The position numbers and the translations under genes are program-made. A stretch of DNA of 64,000 nt from Octopus vulgaris (taxonomy: Eukaryota), in NCBI GenBank assembly GCA_951406725.2, contig OX597819.1, forward strand, positions 89,466,001 to 89,530,000, in the 5' to 3' direction. The notes under the pieces are model-generated. The model made no database searches and was not told the origin of the DNA. It saw nothing but the letters and a program-made list of their open reading frames with translations. How positions within the stretch are numbered: the first letter of the stretch is position 1; every line of letters starts with the position of its first letter. This document shows positions 1 through 13,170 of this stretch, in pieces.

Positions 1-420
1 GCCACTGGCACGAGGGCCAGTCAGGAGGTACTGGCAATGGCCACACTCAATTGGTGTTTTTACATGTCACCAGCACAGGAGCCAGTCCAGCGGCACTGGC
101 AACACCCTCGTTTGAATGTTGTTTTTCATGTACCACTGGCACAAGTGCTAGTAAGGCTATACTGGTAATGATCATGGTCGAATGGTGCTTTTTACATGTC
201 ACTGGCACGGGGGCCAGTCGGCGGCCCTGGCAACGATCACACTTGGATGGTGCTCTTAGAGTTCCACTAGCATGGATGCCAGTCATGTGGTGCTGTCATC
301 GAATTTGATTTCAATTTCCCTTCCCTCAACAGGTTTTTGCAAGCAGAGTTTAGTGTCCAATGAAAGAAAGGTATGCCTAAGTGGGCTGATTACACCACTG
401 GCATAGACCACGAGTTACGG
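1..420 (-). mobile_element. RTE LINE 3'UTR fragment, continues off the window edge
   Basis: Reverse complement resembles the subrepeats of the 3'UTR at 42323-43021 (GGCACGTAAAAAGCACC-type motifs). Confidence 0.7.
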
Positions 421-434
421 TCTCAACACAACAG

Positions 435-587
435 GCAACTTTCAGTTTCAATCTACCAAATACAGCCACAATGTTTTGGCTGGCCCTCACCTGTACTAGA
501 AGACACTTGTCCAAGGTGCCACATGGTGGGACTGAACATTAAACCATGTGGTTGGGAAACAAGCTTCTCATCAACACATCCATGGTT
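435..587 (-). mobile_element. SINE family S1, 5' part
   Basis: Matches the S1 head seen in many copies (AGAAGACACTTG...CAAGGTGCCAC...GTGGGACTGAAC). Confidence 0.75.
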
Positions 588-693
588 TAAAATTTTTAAA
601 CTTGTCCTATCATCATGGTGAATAAATAAGACTAATATGAATGCAAACTCCTTTTTTTGTCTTCTCACTGTTAAAGAAAATAGACACAGAATG

Positions 694-975
694 CAGACAT
701 TTCTCCCTAATATTTTGGCAGGGTAGGATGAAGATAGCATTTGTCAGTTTGAAAATTACTGATCAAATTATCTGTACTCATTCGATTTAAGGCTTTGTAC
801 TTAAGTTTTTGTACTCTCTTTCTTCTCTTCTCATTAATAAAGAATTCAGACATGGTATACAGACATTTCTCCCTAATATTTTGGCAGGGTAGGATGAAGA
901 TGGCATTTGTCAGTTTGAAAATTACTGATTAAACTATCTGTACTCATTTACTAAATTTAAGGCCTTGTACTTATG
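694..975. repeat. Tandem duplication of ~110 bp, period ~166 bp
   Basis: CAGACATTTCTCCCTAATATTTTGGCAGGG... starts at 694 and again at 860, near-identical. Confidence 0.85.
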
Positions 976-1259
976 TTAGAGGTCAATATTTCCAGTGATG
1001 TAATTCATACGATATCATATAGAACATTATGTGATACAACTTTTATTAGGATGCTGCATATCACAATATCATAGAATATGGTATGAAAAATACCTCTTAA
1101 TCTTAATGTTTGTTGGCTGATTCACTGTCAAAGGCTTCATCTTTGAATAGCGTGTTGAGAGCAAGTTAACTTGGACAGGGCCTCTTTGTCTTCAGAAGAC
1201 AGATTACTTGATGCAAATTTGTATTCATGTGTCGAAGCAGGGAATAAAGAGAAGGTGAT

Positions 1260-1397
1260 TTAACTGAGAATAAGATTCCTGCATCCAGGCTCATTTTTCC
1301 ACTCTTGATAATATTCACAGTATATTCTTAGATGATGATGGTGTGTGGCATTTATAAGCTGATAAAATATGATATCTCTCAACATTGCTGAAGTAAG
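1260..1397 (-). CDS. Candidate terminal coding exon of an unidentified host gene (LTSAMLRDIIFYQ...EPGCRNLILS*)
   Basis: Non-repetitive island, CAG acceptor, open to a stop codon, phase-compatible with the candidates at 4530-4617 and 5049-5120. No homolog recognised. Confidence 0.3.
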   Translation of the reverse strand, partial: LTSAMLRDIIFYQLINATHHHHLRIYCEYYQEWKNEPGCRNLILS

Positions 1398-1404
1398 CTG
1401 ACTG

Positions 1405-1711
1405 TATAAACACACACATAAACATACACACACACATACACACACACACACATACACACACATGCACGTGAACACACACATGTGCACACACTCATACATA
1501 CACATACACACATGCACATACACACATGCACATATATGCACACACACATGCACAAACACACACATACACACACATGCATACACACATGAACACACATGAA
1601 CACAAACACACATGCACACACACACACACATGCACACTCACTCACTCACACACACATATATATACATATATATACAAGCACACATATATGTATGTATATA
1701 TGTATACATAC
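1405..1711. repeat. Compound (CA)n/(TA)n microsatellite
   Basis: Seen directly. Confidence 0.95.
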
Positions 1712-1956
1712 ATTTTGATATTTCTATTACTTTTATCTTTGACTTGTTTCTGTGCATTCTTTTATTAGACTATGGATTCACTTTCAAGTAGTGCAATCCA
1801 TATCAACCCAAGTATTTATGCTATTTGTCGAACTGCTAAGTTATAGCACATAAATTAGATGGTAGTTATATCATAAACTATGTATGACTTCATGTGGCAT
1901 GGCATGATGCTCTTAATGTTGTTGTTTAGCCCCAGGTCAAACCAGATCATATAGAC

Positions 1957-2948
1957 CAGGGATCGCCAAAGAGGGTCTGAGGGATCCCATATGGGTCGGT
2001 GAGGAATTAAAGGGGGTCGATGATAGCCAAGGGATCAAATGGGGGTTGGTGTGAAAAAGACCAGCTTATCCAGATGAACTGCTTGAGATACTTAGTCAGT
2101 GCCATGCTCATTCCTTACACTGATATTGTTAATTTCATCATCATCATCATCATCGTTTAATGTCCGCTTTCCATGCTGGCATGGGCTGGACGATTTGACT
2201 GAGGTCTGGTGAACCAGATGGCTGCACCAGACTCCAATCTGATCTGGCAGAGTTTCTACAGCTGGATGCCCTTCCTAACACCAATCACTCCGAGAGTGTG
2301 GTGGGTGCTTTTATGTGCCACTGGCACGAGGGCCAGTTAGGTGGTACTGGCAATGGCTACACTCAAATGGTGCTTTTTATGTGCCACCTGCACAGGAGCC
2401 AGTCCAGTGACACTGGCAACGACCTCACTTGAATATTTTCTTTCATGTGCCACCAGCACAAGTGCTAGAAAGGTGACACAGGTAACGATCATGCTTGAAT
2501 GGTGTTTTTAATATGCCATTGGCACGGAGGCCAGCTTGTTACTCCTTAGCGCTTCACTCACAACGGATGTGAGTCACTGAGTTTGATTTCGATTTCACTT
2601 GCCTTAACAGGTCTTCGTAAGCAGAATAAAAGATATTCCAGCAATATGATGCATTTTTCATATTTTCTAACCGTGAAAACAATTTCATAAAAATTGAAAG
2701 TTTAATACTGTATACTCATACATGTCGTTTTAAATGTTAAAAGTGTGTCATCTTCAATAGAATTTCTTAATTTGTCGTACATGTATGTTTTAGCTAACAT
2801 TTTCATTGCCTGCATCAGTACCCTGTATGCATTTAAGATATGATAGGGCAGGCTAGAGTATTAAGATATTTTTAATGAGGTGGGTGGTCGATGCGGAAGG
2901 AGAAGAGGCTAAAGGGGGTTAATGGTCGAAAAGGTTTGGTGACCCCTG
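1957..2948. mobile_element. Non-autonomous hAT-type DNA transposon
   Basis: TIRs CAGGGATCGCCAAA / TTTGGTGACCCCTG; perfect 8-bp TSD ATATAGAC at 1949-1956 and 2949-2956; interrupted by an RTE fragment. Confidence 0.85.
2136..2625 (-). mobile_element. 5'-truncated RTE LINE 3' end nested in the hAT element
   Basis: (CAT)n tail followed by the reverse complement of the RTE 3'UTR. Confidence 0.85.
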
Positions 2949-3225
2949 ATATAGACCTATGACCAAAGCCAATCTAGTAATGATTAATCCATTATTCTTT
3001 CAGGTATTGTGTATCTAGGACTACAATGGTATGCTTTGAACTGTTTAATTCTTTAACCGTTTGCTCACTTACTGTTGTCTCTATCATATTTCGGTGCCTT
3101 CGGTGGTGGATTTGGGATTTCTACTCCTATTTCTAAACAGACTTGACACCTCGTACATCCTTAAGCTTTGTGCTAATTTTTAATTTTAATTTAAAGCTAC
3201 ATATATCATCATCATCATCATCATC

Positions 3226-3459
3226 GTTTAGCGTCCGTTTTCCATGCTAGCATGGGTTGGACGGTTCTACTGGGGTCTGTGAAGCCAGAAGGCTTCATCA
3301 GGCTCAGTCAAATCTGGCAGTGTTTCTATGGCTGGATGCCCTTCCTAACGCCAACCACTCCGTGAGTGTAGTGGGTGCTTTTTACGTGTCACCCACACAG
3401 GTGCCAAACGGAGCTGGCAAACGGCCATGGACGGATGGTGCTTTTTACGTGCCATCGGC

Positions 3460-3462
<3 letters not shown>
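3226..3462 (-). mobile_element. Young RTE LINE 3' end
   Basis: Near-identical to the reverse complement of 42780-43021; (CAT)n tail; abuts (TA)n. Confidence 0.9.
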
Positions 3463-3496
<34 letters not shown>

Positions 3497-3500
<4 letters not shown>

Positions 3501-3717
3501 ATCCAAACATGAAAGCACAAAGAGAAACACAACAACGTGAGGACGTGGAACAAGTATAGTATTATTGGACACTCAGGAAGGAAAGAAATAAGGAGGATTT
3601 AACGTTTTGAGCGGAGCTCTTCATCAGAAACATAGGAAAAGGAAAGATCCAAGGAAGGGAAGACGGAGGAAAGAAAATCACCAATGATACACACGTGGTC
3701 ACATATTGAATGACCGG
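3497..3717 (-). mobile_element. Short HHR-bearing element, family A, between TA tracts
   Basis: Homologous to 52036-52218 in the opposite orientation; TA-type microsatellite on both sides. Confidence 0.7.
3597..3631 (-). ncRNA. Minimal type I hammerhead motif, decayed (GAAA>AAAA)
   Basis: Minus strand GTTT-CTGATGA-A-GAGC-TCC-GCTC-AAAA-CGTT-AAAT. Confidence 0.65.
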
Positions 3718-3754
3718 TATCTATCTATCTATATATATATATATATATATACAT

Positions 3755-3905
3755 ACAGCAGGCTTCTTTCAGTTTCCATTCTCAAGGCTTCTGTTGGCCT
3801 GAGGCTATAGTAGAAGAACTTGCCCAAGATGTCATGCAGTGGAATTGAACCTGGGACCATAAGGTTGAGAAGTAAATTTCTTACCACACAATCACATCAG
3901 TGCCA
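3755..3905 (-). mobile_element. SINE S1, 5' part
   Basis: Similarity to other S1 copies. Confidence 0.75.
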
Positions 3906-4089
3906 TGTGAAGGTGTAGAAATGTTATTGACTAAAACTGTTCTGAAGATTCTAATTTATGGGAAAGCAAAGAACCAAGAATTATCTTAACAAATTTTAAG
4001 GTGAGGAAGATGTAAAGAACTTGGAAGCTGTTGCAAAGAAATGCATGGACAGAAGGAATTGGATGATGTGTTGATGGTTTATGTTCCAG

Positions 4090-4307
4090 GGGGAGGGGAG
4101 AGGAGGAAGGGAAAAATAAAAGAAGGAAGGAAGGAGGAGGAGGAAAAAAAAGAAGGTAATGGTGGTGGTGGTGGTGGTAAGAATGCGGATGATGATGATG
4201 ATAGTGGTGGTAATGATGGACGAGGAGGAGGAGTGAAAACAGAAAGAAAGGAAGAAGAAGAGGAAGAAGAAAAGAAGAAGGTAATGGTAGTGGTGATGGT
4301 GGTGAAA

Positions 4308-4343
<36 letters not shown>

Positions 4344-4517
4344 GAGAAGGAGAAGGAGGAGGAGGAGGAGGAGGAGGAGAAGAAGAAGAAGAAGAAGAAG
4401 AAGAAGAAGAAGAAGAAGAAGAAGAAGAAGAAGAAGAAGAAAACAGAAAGAAAGAAGTAAAAGAAGAAGGGGAAGAAAAAAGAAGGCAGAAAGAATTAGG
4501 AGGAGGAGTAGGAAGGG
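4090..4517. repeat. Purine-rich (GAA)/(GAG)/(GAT)/(GGT) low-complexity tract
   Basis: Seen directly. Confidence 0.9.
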
Positions 4518-4529
4518 TAAGTGAAATAC

Positions 4530-4617
4530 ATTTTTCATGGATGAACTCATAATATGCTCAATGTCATTTTTATGATAGTCAACCAAACCGGATAGGTTTT
4601 TATTTGAAATTTTTATT
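4530..4617 (-). CDS. Candidate internal exon (IKISNKNLSGLVDYHKNDIEHIMSSSMKN)
   Basis: TATTTATTTTAG acceptor, GTATTT donor, open frame, phase 2 to 0. Confidence 0.25.
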
Positions 4618-5048
4618 CTAAAATAAATACATTTCAATAAATGTTTTCTCCATTTTATTAATTTTTTTATCTCCATTTTCAATTTTCTGAATGAGAACAC
4701 GCACACACATACACACGTAAGCATACACATGCACATGCATGCACACACACCCTTTTATAAATACCTTCTGCCTTAGAGTTTTATATTTTAGTGAATAAAG
4801 TTGTTGCATGGTTTTTACTTGCCTCTGTTAAAAATAAATGGATTCATGAAATCACGATGAAAGAGAGCAGAAGGCACCACAAAATAAATAAAAATATTCT
4901 TCAAAATATAAAGAATCTGTTAATATAATAATTTTTTTTTTTTTCATATACACGAAAATTCTAAAGGTTATTAATCAGTTTGGTAATATTTTATCCGGTG
5001 CTGAAGATTAGTAAAGTGACAGAATCAGTGGAGCAATGATTAAAATAC

Positions 5049-5120
5049 CTTATGATATATATTTGTGAACCTTTACGCTCTGAGATCAAATCCTGTTGAA
5101 GTTTGACCTTGCGTTTCATA
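5049..5120 (-). CDS. Candidate internal exon (MKRKVKLQQDLISERKGSQIYII)
   Basis: Pyrimidine-rich acceptor ending AAG (weak), AG|GTATTT donor, phase 2 to 2. Confidence 0.25.
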
Positions 5121-5297
5121 CTTGAAATGTGGATGAAATAAATATTTATTGTTTTTATCTGTATATATACCATTTCCAGAGCATGTTTAAAAGCCTTGAA
5201 TTTTGTTTGAGTAAGTGATAAACATACGATAAACATAGATAAGTTTCTATTGGAAATACAGTCAACTCATATTAATAGAGATAATTTCATGTTAAAA

Positions 5298-5366
5298 CAA
5301 TGATGGTGATGATGATAATGATGATGATGACGATGGTGGTGGTGGTGATGGTAGTGATGCTAATGT

Positions 5367-5412
<46 letters not shown>

Positions 5413-7004
5413 AACTAACATGATGATGACAATGATGATGATAGTGATGGTCATGGTCATGGCGAAGGTAGTGGTGATAATGGCAATTATGATAATTAAC
5501 ATAATGATGGTGGTGAAGGTAATGGTGATAGTGATGGTGATGATGATGATGATGATGATGATGATAATTAACATGATGATAGTGATGATGATGATGGTGA
5601 TGATGATGATGAGGAGGATGGTGATCATGGTAATGATGATGATTCTGAGTGTGGTGGGGGGGAGGTTGATGGTGATTGTGTAAATGATGATAATGTTGTT
5701 GACAACGAAGATGATTGATGGTAATGATCTTGATGATGATGATGATGAAAATGTTGATGATGCTGCTGCTGATGTTGCTGCTGGTGACATTGATGACAGC
5801 ATCAATGATGATGAGGAGGAAGGGGATGGTAATGATGCTAATGATGTTGATTGTGATGGTGGTGGAGGTGGTGGTGGTGATGGTGACAATGTAGATGATG
5901 ATGATGATGATGATCTTGATGATGAAGATGGTGATGAGGATGATGATGATGATGATGATGATGACAACAATGAGGACAATGAAGATAACTGTTGATAATG
6001 ATGATGTTGATGCTGCTGATGCTGATCATGATGGTGATGAAGATGATGAAGGTGTTGATGATGTTGATGATGATGGTGATGGCAGTGATGACAACAACAA
6101 TGCTGCTGCTGCTGATGGTGATGACAATGACGACAGTGAAGAAGATTGTTGTTGATGATAATGATGATGATGATGATGAGGATGATGATGAGGATGATGA
6201 AGATGATCATGATGAAGATAATGATGTTAATGATGGTGATGGTGATGGCAACAACGTTGCTGTTGTTGCTGCTGCTGCTGTTACTGCTGCTGCTGTTGCT
6301 GCTGCTGCTGTTGCTGCTACTGCTGCTGCTGCTGATGACAATGACAATGAGGAAGATGATTGTTGATGATGATGATGTTGTTGCTGCTGATGCTGATAAG
6401 GATGATGAGTGATGACAATATCATTGATGATGCTGACAATGAAGATGATGATGATGATCATGATCATGATTCTGACAATGATGACAGTCATGAAGATGAT
6501 GATGAAGATTGTGATGGCGATGACAATAATAACACTGTTGCTGCTGCTGCTGCTGATGACGATGATGACAGCGTCATCGGTGAAGAAGATTGTTGATGAT
6601 GATGATGTTGGTGTTGCTGCTGCTGCTGCTGCTGATGATGATAACAACAGCGACAACATCGATAATCATGATGACAATGAAGACGATGATGATAATGATG
6701 ATGACGATCATGATAATTCTGATGATGATGAGGTCAATGAAAATGATGATGCTGATGATGATGATGATGATGATGATGATAGTGACAATGTTGCTGCTGC
6801 TGTTGCTGATGATGATGATGATGGTAACAGCAATGACAGCATCAATGATCATGATGACAATGAGGATAATGATGATGATGATGATGGAAGCAACAATGTT
6901 GCTGCTGCTGCTGCTGCTGACGGGAATGATGGTAACAGCGATGACAATATCAATGATCATGATGACAATGATGATGATGATGATGATGATGATGATAGCA
7001 ACAA

Positions 7005-7044
<40 letters not shown>

Positions 7045-7101
7045 AAAGATGATGATGATGATGGTAACAGCGATGACAACATCAATGATCATGATGACAA
7101 C

Positions 7102-7133
<32 letters not shown>

Positions 7134-7262
7134 CGACGATCATGATAATTCTGATGTTGATGAAGTCAATGAAAATGATGAGGATGATGATGATCGTAGC
7201 GACAATGTTGCTGCTGTTGCTGCTGCCGCTGCTGTTACTGCTACTGCTGCTGCTGCTGCTGA
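5298..7262. repeat. ~2-kb compound (GAT)/(GCT)/(GAC) trinucleotide array with higher-order units
   Basis: Recurring blocks such as GAAGATTGTTGATGAT and AACAGCGATGACAACATCAATGATCATGATGACAA. Confidence 0.95.
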
Positions 7263-7355
7263 CATCTTGCATGCAATCTCACAAGATTCTCATCATGGCT
7301 GTCATGTAAAATTACAATGATGAATGTTGTCTTGTTGACAATGTTGATATGTCAG

Positions 7356-7497
7356 CTGAGCTTAATGAGAATCTGTCCAAAGTGATAGATAAGCCAAAGA
7401 CTAAAAGTGATCACCTTCGCAAAACAATCATCAATAATAACAAGAAATCGCAGGAACCTCGTGGATGGAACATTGACCTCTCTGCTGCTCTAGAACT
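7356..7497 (+). CDS. Alternative candidate exon (ELNENLSKVIDKPK...PRGWNIDLSAALE)
   Basis: CAG acceptor, 142-nt open frame, strong CT|GTGAGT donor; opposite strand to the other candidates. Confidence 0.25.
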
Positions 7498-7581
7498 GTG
7501 AGTTTGTCTTCTGGCTCTGGGAAATGCTGCCACCGTGTTTGGTGAATGTTCCTGAACGATGCTTTGACTTATTTGCAAGTG

Positions 7582-7612
<31 letters not shown>

Positions 7613-7709
7613 TATGGGTATATGTCTGTGTGTGTCCATGTGTGTAATTGTGTGTGAATGTGTGTGCATCTGCATGTGTATGTGTGTTCATACACACATA
7701 CACATGTAT

Positions 7710-7945
7710 GAAGGCGGCAAGCTGGCAGAAGCGGTAGCACGGCAGGCGAAATGCTTAGCAGTATTTCATCTGCCGTTACGTTCTGAGTTCAAATTCTGCC
7801 GAGATCGACTTTGCCTTTCATCCTTTCGGGGGTCGATTAAATAAGTACCAGTTACACACTGGGATCAATGTAATTGACTTAATCCGTGTGTCTGTCCATG
7901 TTGGTCCCTTCTGTGTTTAGCCCCTTGTAGGTAGTGAAGAAATAG
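7710..7945 (+). mobile_element. SINE family S2 (tRNA-like head, CORE-like centre)
   Basis: AGGCGGC..GCTGGCAGAA..GAGTTCAAAT..CCTTTCATCCTTTCGGGGGTCGAT; multiple copies in the window. Confidence 0.85.
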
Positions 7946-8023
7946 GTATGTGTGTTCATCTTAACAGTTTTTTCAAGCCGATTACATGGAGGAGTGGTGT
8001 TCATCTCCATTTTGAATATATAT

Positions 8024-8320
8024 ATAAATACGAAACAACTACAAAGAATATGGAGACTGATGTACCTTCAAATTTTTCTTTCTAATTATGCTATGCAATA
8101 TAATTAGTTAGTTAAAATGACCAACATTTATTTCTGCAGCACAAAGTGTGTGCAGTTGCATATGTAACCCACATACACAACTGCACATACTCTGTGCAGA
8201 AGAAATGCGTGTCAGTCATTTTAACTAACTAATTATGTTGTGTAATTAACTGTTAAATAGAAAAAAAAGATTTGAAGATTCACCAGTCCCTGTATTCTTT
8301 GTAATTATTTTGGATTTATA
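8024..8320. mobile_element. Foldback/MITE-like imperfect palindrome
   Basis: Arms pair over ~140 bp, e.g. TAATTAGTTAGTTAAAATGAC / GTCATTTTAACTAACTAATTA. Confidence 0.75.
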
Positions 8321-8659
8321 CTCATGAAAATATTCATAATTCAGTGAAGCAAACTTGGATTTACCCATCAGAAAAATTACAGGAGATTGCACGCCTCAAG
8401 AATGGGAAGGTTAATGCTAAACTTAATTCATCCATATCTTAAAGTAAATTATGTTAACAGTTACTCAAATTCATTCTTACTGCATTATAAACACCAAGTA
8501 GCTACATAAATCGTTATGTGAATGTGAATGCTTCTGTAAGCGAGTGTACATGCACCCTGCAACTTGCGCATGGGCGTTTATACATCCATATCCGTTAATG
8601 GTTATTTTTTAATACTTTTCTCACTGTATTGAGTGTTCGTTTCTTTTTTTGCATCACTC

Positions 8660-9067
8660 CTTTACTCTTCTACTTTTTTTCAGTCATTTGACTGTGGCCA
8701 TGCTGGAGCACTGCCTTTAGTCGAAGAAATTGATCCCAGGACTTATCCTTTGTAAGCCTAGTACTTATACTATCGGTCTTTTTTGCCGAACCATTAACTT
8801 ATGGGGACGTAAACACACCAGCATCGGTTGTCAAGTGATGTTGGGGGACAAACACAGACACACAAACATATACACACACACACATATATATATACACATA
8901 TACGACGGGCTTCTTTCAGTTTCCGTCTACCAAATTCCCTCAAAAGGCTTTGGTCAGCCTGAGGCTATAGTAGAAGACACTTGCCCAAGGTGCCACGCAG
9001 TGGGACTCAACCTGGAACCATGTGGTTGGTAAGCAAGCTACTTACCACACAGCCAATCCTGTGCCTA
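8660..9067 (-). mobile_element. SINE S1, full length
   Basis: tRNA-like head, internal (CA/TA) tract, conserved 3' part. Confidence 0.9.
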
Positions 9068-9104
9068 TTTTTCATCTTCTATGTAAATGAAGATATATCC
9101 TTTA

Positions 9105-9330
9105 ATTTGCTGCTTTTCTTTACACGAAATGAGAAGATACATTGTGGAACTATTATTTAGACAAGTTATATCTATTTATTACCTGAAGAAACATATCTGC
9201 ACCAGCGGATGCTCCTGAACCAGTTGTTTAGTGTCCCACCCATGAAGGATCAATGCTAGATGTGTCAAAACAATTGTCATTATTAATAAAAATTCTTGCA
9301 TCCTCATCTTCCGTCTTTCATTTACCATAT
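9105..9330 (+). mobile_element. HHR-bearing element family B, decayed copy
   Basis: Homologous to the reverse complement of 52232-52455. Confidence 0.7.
9176..9284 (+). ncRNA. Type I hammerhead motif, decayed
   Basis: CTGAAGA(9183)-AACATATCT...AGATGTGTC-AAAA-CAATTG-TC; GAAA mutated, stem I weak. Confidence 0.55.
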
Positions 9331-9460
9331 GATCACTGTGAAAGTGACCGTGTACATATATATGTATATATCGCCTGAGCCTCATGAGTTATGTTCCTGT
9401 GACGAGCGTACAAGATTTTAAGTTTCACAGAGCCAACTCAAAGTGTTTTATATAACATAA

Positions 9461-9495
<35 letters not shown>

Positions 9496-9527
9496 CACAT
9501 GTATATGTGTGTGTGTGTGTATATATA

Positions 9528-9671
9528 TTGAGAAAAAAAGTCGTCAGAATTTTGAAAAAATCCTCTTATTTTTTCATTATTATTAGCGCTTTTGTTCCTC
9601 TTTAGAACTTGTATTTGTTAAGGTCTAAAGAGGAATGAAGAAATAAAAGTGTGACGACTTCTTTTTCTCAA
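9528..9671. mobile_element. Small MITE with TA flanks and an internal hairpin
   Basis: TTGAGAAAAAAAGTCGTCA / TGACGACTTCTTTTTCTCAA termini; internal TTCCTCTTTAGA / TCTAAAGAGGAA. Confidence 0.65.
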
Positions 9672-9719
9672 TATTCAGTTCTGTACATGATACCTAACAC
9701 TCTAAACACTCTAAACACT

Positions 9720-9775
9720 CCATACATACATACATACATACATACATACATACATACATACATACATACATACAT

Positions 9776-9839
<64 letters not shown>

Positions 9840-10150
9840 TACACATTCTTTATATCTGACAGCAAGGACATATACATGATGACAATGATGATGATGATGA
9901 TGATAATGATGATGATGATGGATGGATTGATGGATCGATGGTTTGGTGGAGACAGAGATGCGGGTGATGAAAATGGTTATGAAGATGATAGTAGTAGCAA
10001 TGATGATGATGTCGACGATGATGACGACGACGGTGATGATGATGATGACAGCAATGATAATAAACATCATAATGAGGTTGACAGTAGTGGTGGTGGTGGT
10101 GATGGTGAAGGATAAAGTAATTATAATGATGATAGTGATGATTATGATGA
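9720..10150. repeat. (CATA)n(CA)n plus (GAT)n microsatellites
   Basis: Seen directly. Confidence 0.9.
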
Positions 10151-10204
10151 TAACGGAAGCAACAGGGATATAAAACATAAAACATAAAAAAGAAATTTAA
10201 GTAC

Positions 10205-10608
10205 TATGCACAGGCATGGCTGTGTGGTTAAGAAGCTCACTTTACAGCCATGTGGTTTTGGGTTCGGTCCCAGAGCACAGCACTTTGGAGAAGTGTCTTC
10301 TACAGTAACTTAGGGCTGACCAATACCCTGTGAGTGAATTTAATAGACGGAAACTATGTGAAAGCCTGTCATATGTGTGTGTGGTTGTATATACATATGT
10401 GCATGTGTGTGTATTTGTTCCCATGCCCACTGCCTGAAAACCAGTGTTGGTTGGCTTACATCCTTGTAACTTACAAATTCGTCGAAAGAGGCCAATAAAA
10501 TAAGTGTCAGATTTTTGAAAAACAAGTTCAGCTGAATTCTTCAAGGTGTTGCTCTAACATGGCCACAGACCAATGACAGAAGCTAACAGATGATAAGAGC
10601 TAAAAGAG
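10205..10608 (+). mobile_element. SINE S1, diverged full length
   Basis: Family similarity. Confidence 0.8.
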
Positions 10609-10859
10609 CTAAAAGGATTCCATATAATTGACTTCTCCAAGCTTCTCTTTTTCCTCAGTCACCTTTGGGTCCAAGTTGGGAAAGAAATCAATTTTAAATC
10701 TATATTTGCTAATTTTATTGGTGTTGCTGTTAATTTTATAGTTTGCAAATGCTAATCTAATTTCTTGATTGCCATTTCTTTGAACTGATTTTTCCTTGAT
10801 CAGTGCTGAATCATTACCGTTCTGCTTGGACTGATGTTTATAGTCCCCCCCCGAACAGA

Positions 10860-11253
10860 TATACATATATATATATATATATATATATGTATATGTATAT
10901 GTATGTATGTATGTATGTATATATATGTATGTATATATGTATGTATGAATGTATGTATGTAAGTATGTATGTATGTATGTATGTATGTATGCGTGTATAT
11001 GTATATATATATATGTATATGAATATATATATATATATGTGTGTGTGTATATGTATATATATATACATATATGTGTGTGTGTATGTATATGTATGTGTAT
11101 GTATATATATATATATGTATACATATATATATTTATATGTACATATATGTATATGTATGTATATATATGTGTGTGTGTGTATATGTATATGTATGTGTGT
11201 ATATATACATACAAACACATATATATATATTTATATATATATATACATATATG

Positions 11254-11313
<60 letters not shown>

Positions 11314-11343
11314 TGTATGTATGTATGTATGTATGTATATATA
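10860..11343. repeat. (TA)/(TATG)/(TG) compound microsatellite
   Basis: Seen directly. Confidence 0.95.
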
Positions 11344-11629
11344 GGATGTGATCAAAGCGATTCAAAAGGTGGCACTTATTATTTTATCTATTCTGGTGTT
11401 TGACATCTGACTGATTAGGTAAAGCGAAAGATTTCTATGATGATGCTAGGTCAATTCACGAGTGTGTGTGCATGCATGTGTGTGTGTGTGATTCTTATGT
11501 TGTTTGTATGTCGCTTGTTGTTGTTGTTGTTGTATTTGTGATTTAGGTCATGTGCAACGTATCTGTCCCTAGTTCACTTTGCTATAAACCGACAGGACAT
11601 TCTATAGCTGTCGGCAGGAACATAAAAAC

Positions 11630-11685
11630 AATAACGACAACGATGATGACGATGGTCTTCACAGGCTGCTTCTGAGATGACGATT

Positions 11686-11730
<45 letters not shown>

Positions 11731-11908
11731 GTGGTGATGACAATAACATCAATGGTTATGAAATTGATGATGATGATGATGATATAGATGGTGGTGATGA
11801 TTTATGATAATAATGATGGTGATGAAGATGAAGATGATGATGACAACGAAGATGATGGTAAAGATGGTGATAATGACGACGATGATGATTATGACGACGA
11901 TGATGATA

Positions 11909-12001
<93 letters not shown>

Positions 12002-12171
12002 GTGATGATGGTGATGATGATGATGATGGCCATAATAAAGATAATGATCATGATGATCATGATGGTGGGTTATAGCAGTGGTGGTTGTGGTTGTGGTGGG
12101 GTAGGTTTTATTGTGAGGCCTGTGCGGATGATGACGACGACGACGACAACGATGACGACGACGACGACGAC

Positions 12172-12203
<32 letters not shown>

Positions 12204-12600
12204 CGCTGATGATGATGATAATGATGATGATGGTGACGATGACTATGATTGACAGCGATGATATTAATGACCAGGATGCAGCTGATATTGGTGGTCATAT
12301 TGATTATGTTGGTGGTAATGATGGTGGTGCTTACTGCTGGTGATGAAGATGAGGTATTGATGATGATAATGATGATGATGATGATGATCAGTATGATAGT
12401 GCTGATGATGGTAGTGATGGTGGTGGTGACGGTGGTAGTGGTGGTGGTGGTGATGGTGGTGGTGGTAGTGACGGTAGTGTTGTTGTTGTTGTTGTTGGTG
12501 GTGGTGGTATCAATGCTTGCAAGGTATATGGTAGTTGTGCAGGTGATATTGATTATGATGGCATTGATGATGATGATGAAGAGAAGGAGGAGGAGGATGG
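11630..12600. repeat. (GAT)/(GAC)/(GGT) trinucleotide array
   Basis: Seen directly. Confidence 0.95.
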
Positions 12601-12729
12601 AGATGATATTGGATTGGTCTAGAACTGGATTGGTCTAGAACTGGAACAGGAAGTAGATGAAGGAGCAGCCTTGGTCTTCACAGACTGCTTCTGAGATTCT
12701 CCAGATGAACAAAATTAAACAATTTATTC

Positions 12730-12974
12730 TTTTACTCTTTCACTCTTTTATTTATTTCAGTCATTTGACTGTGGCCATGCTGGAGCACTGCCTTTAGTTG
12801 AACAAGTTGAACAAATTACAAAATTCTTTGTAAGCCTAGTACTTATTCTATCGGTCTCTTTTGCTGAACTGCTAAGTTATAGGAAGGTAAACACACCGGC
12901 ATCGATTGTCAAGTGATGGTGGGGGGGATAAACACACAGACACACACACTCTTATATACACATACACATACACA

Positions 12975-13012
<38 letters not shown>

Positions 13013-13170
13013 TACGACAGGCTTTCAGTTTCCGTCTACCAAATCCACTCACAAGGTCAGCCCAAGGTTATAGTAGAAGACACTTGCCCAAGGTACCATG
13101 CAGTGGGACTGAACCCATAAGCATGTGGTTGGTAAGCAAGCTACTTACCACACAGCCACTCCTGCACCTA
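12730..13170 (-). mobile_element. SINE S1, full length
   Basis: Family similarity. Confidence 0.9.

Noticed and set aside
7356-7497. Resemblance to a glycogen debranching enzyme segment
   Set aside because: Similarity is too weak and no other matching exons were found; no symbol assigned.
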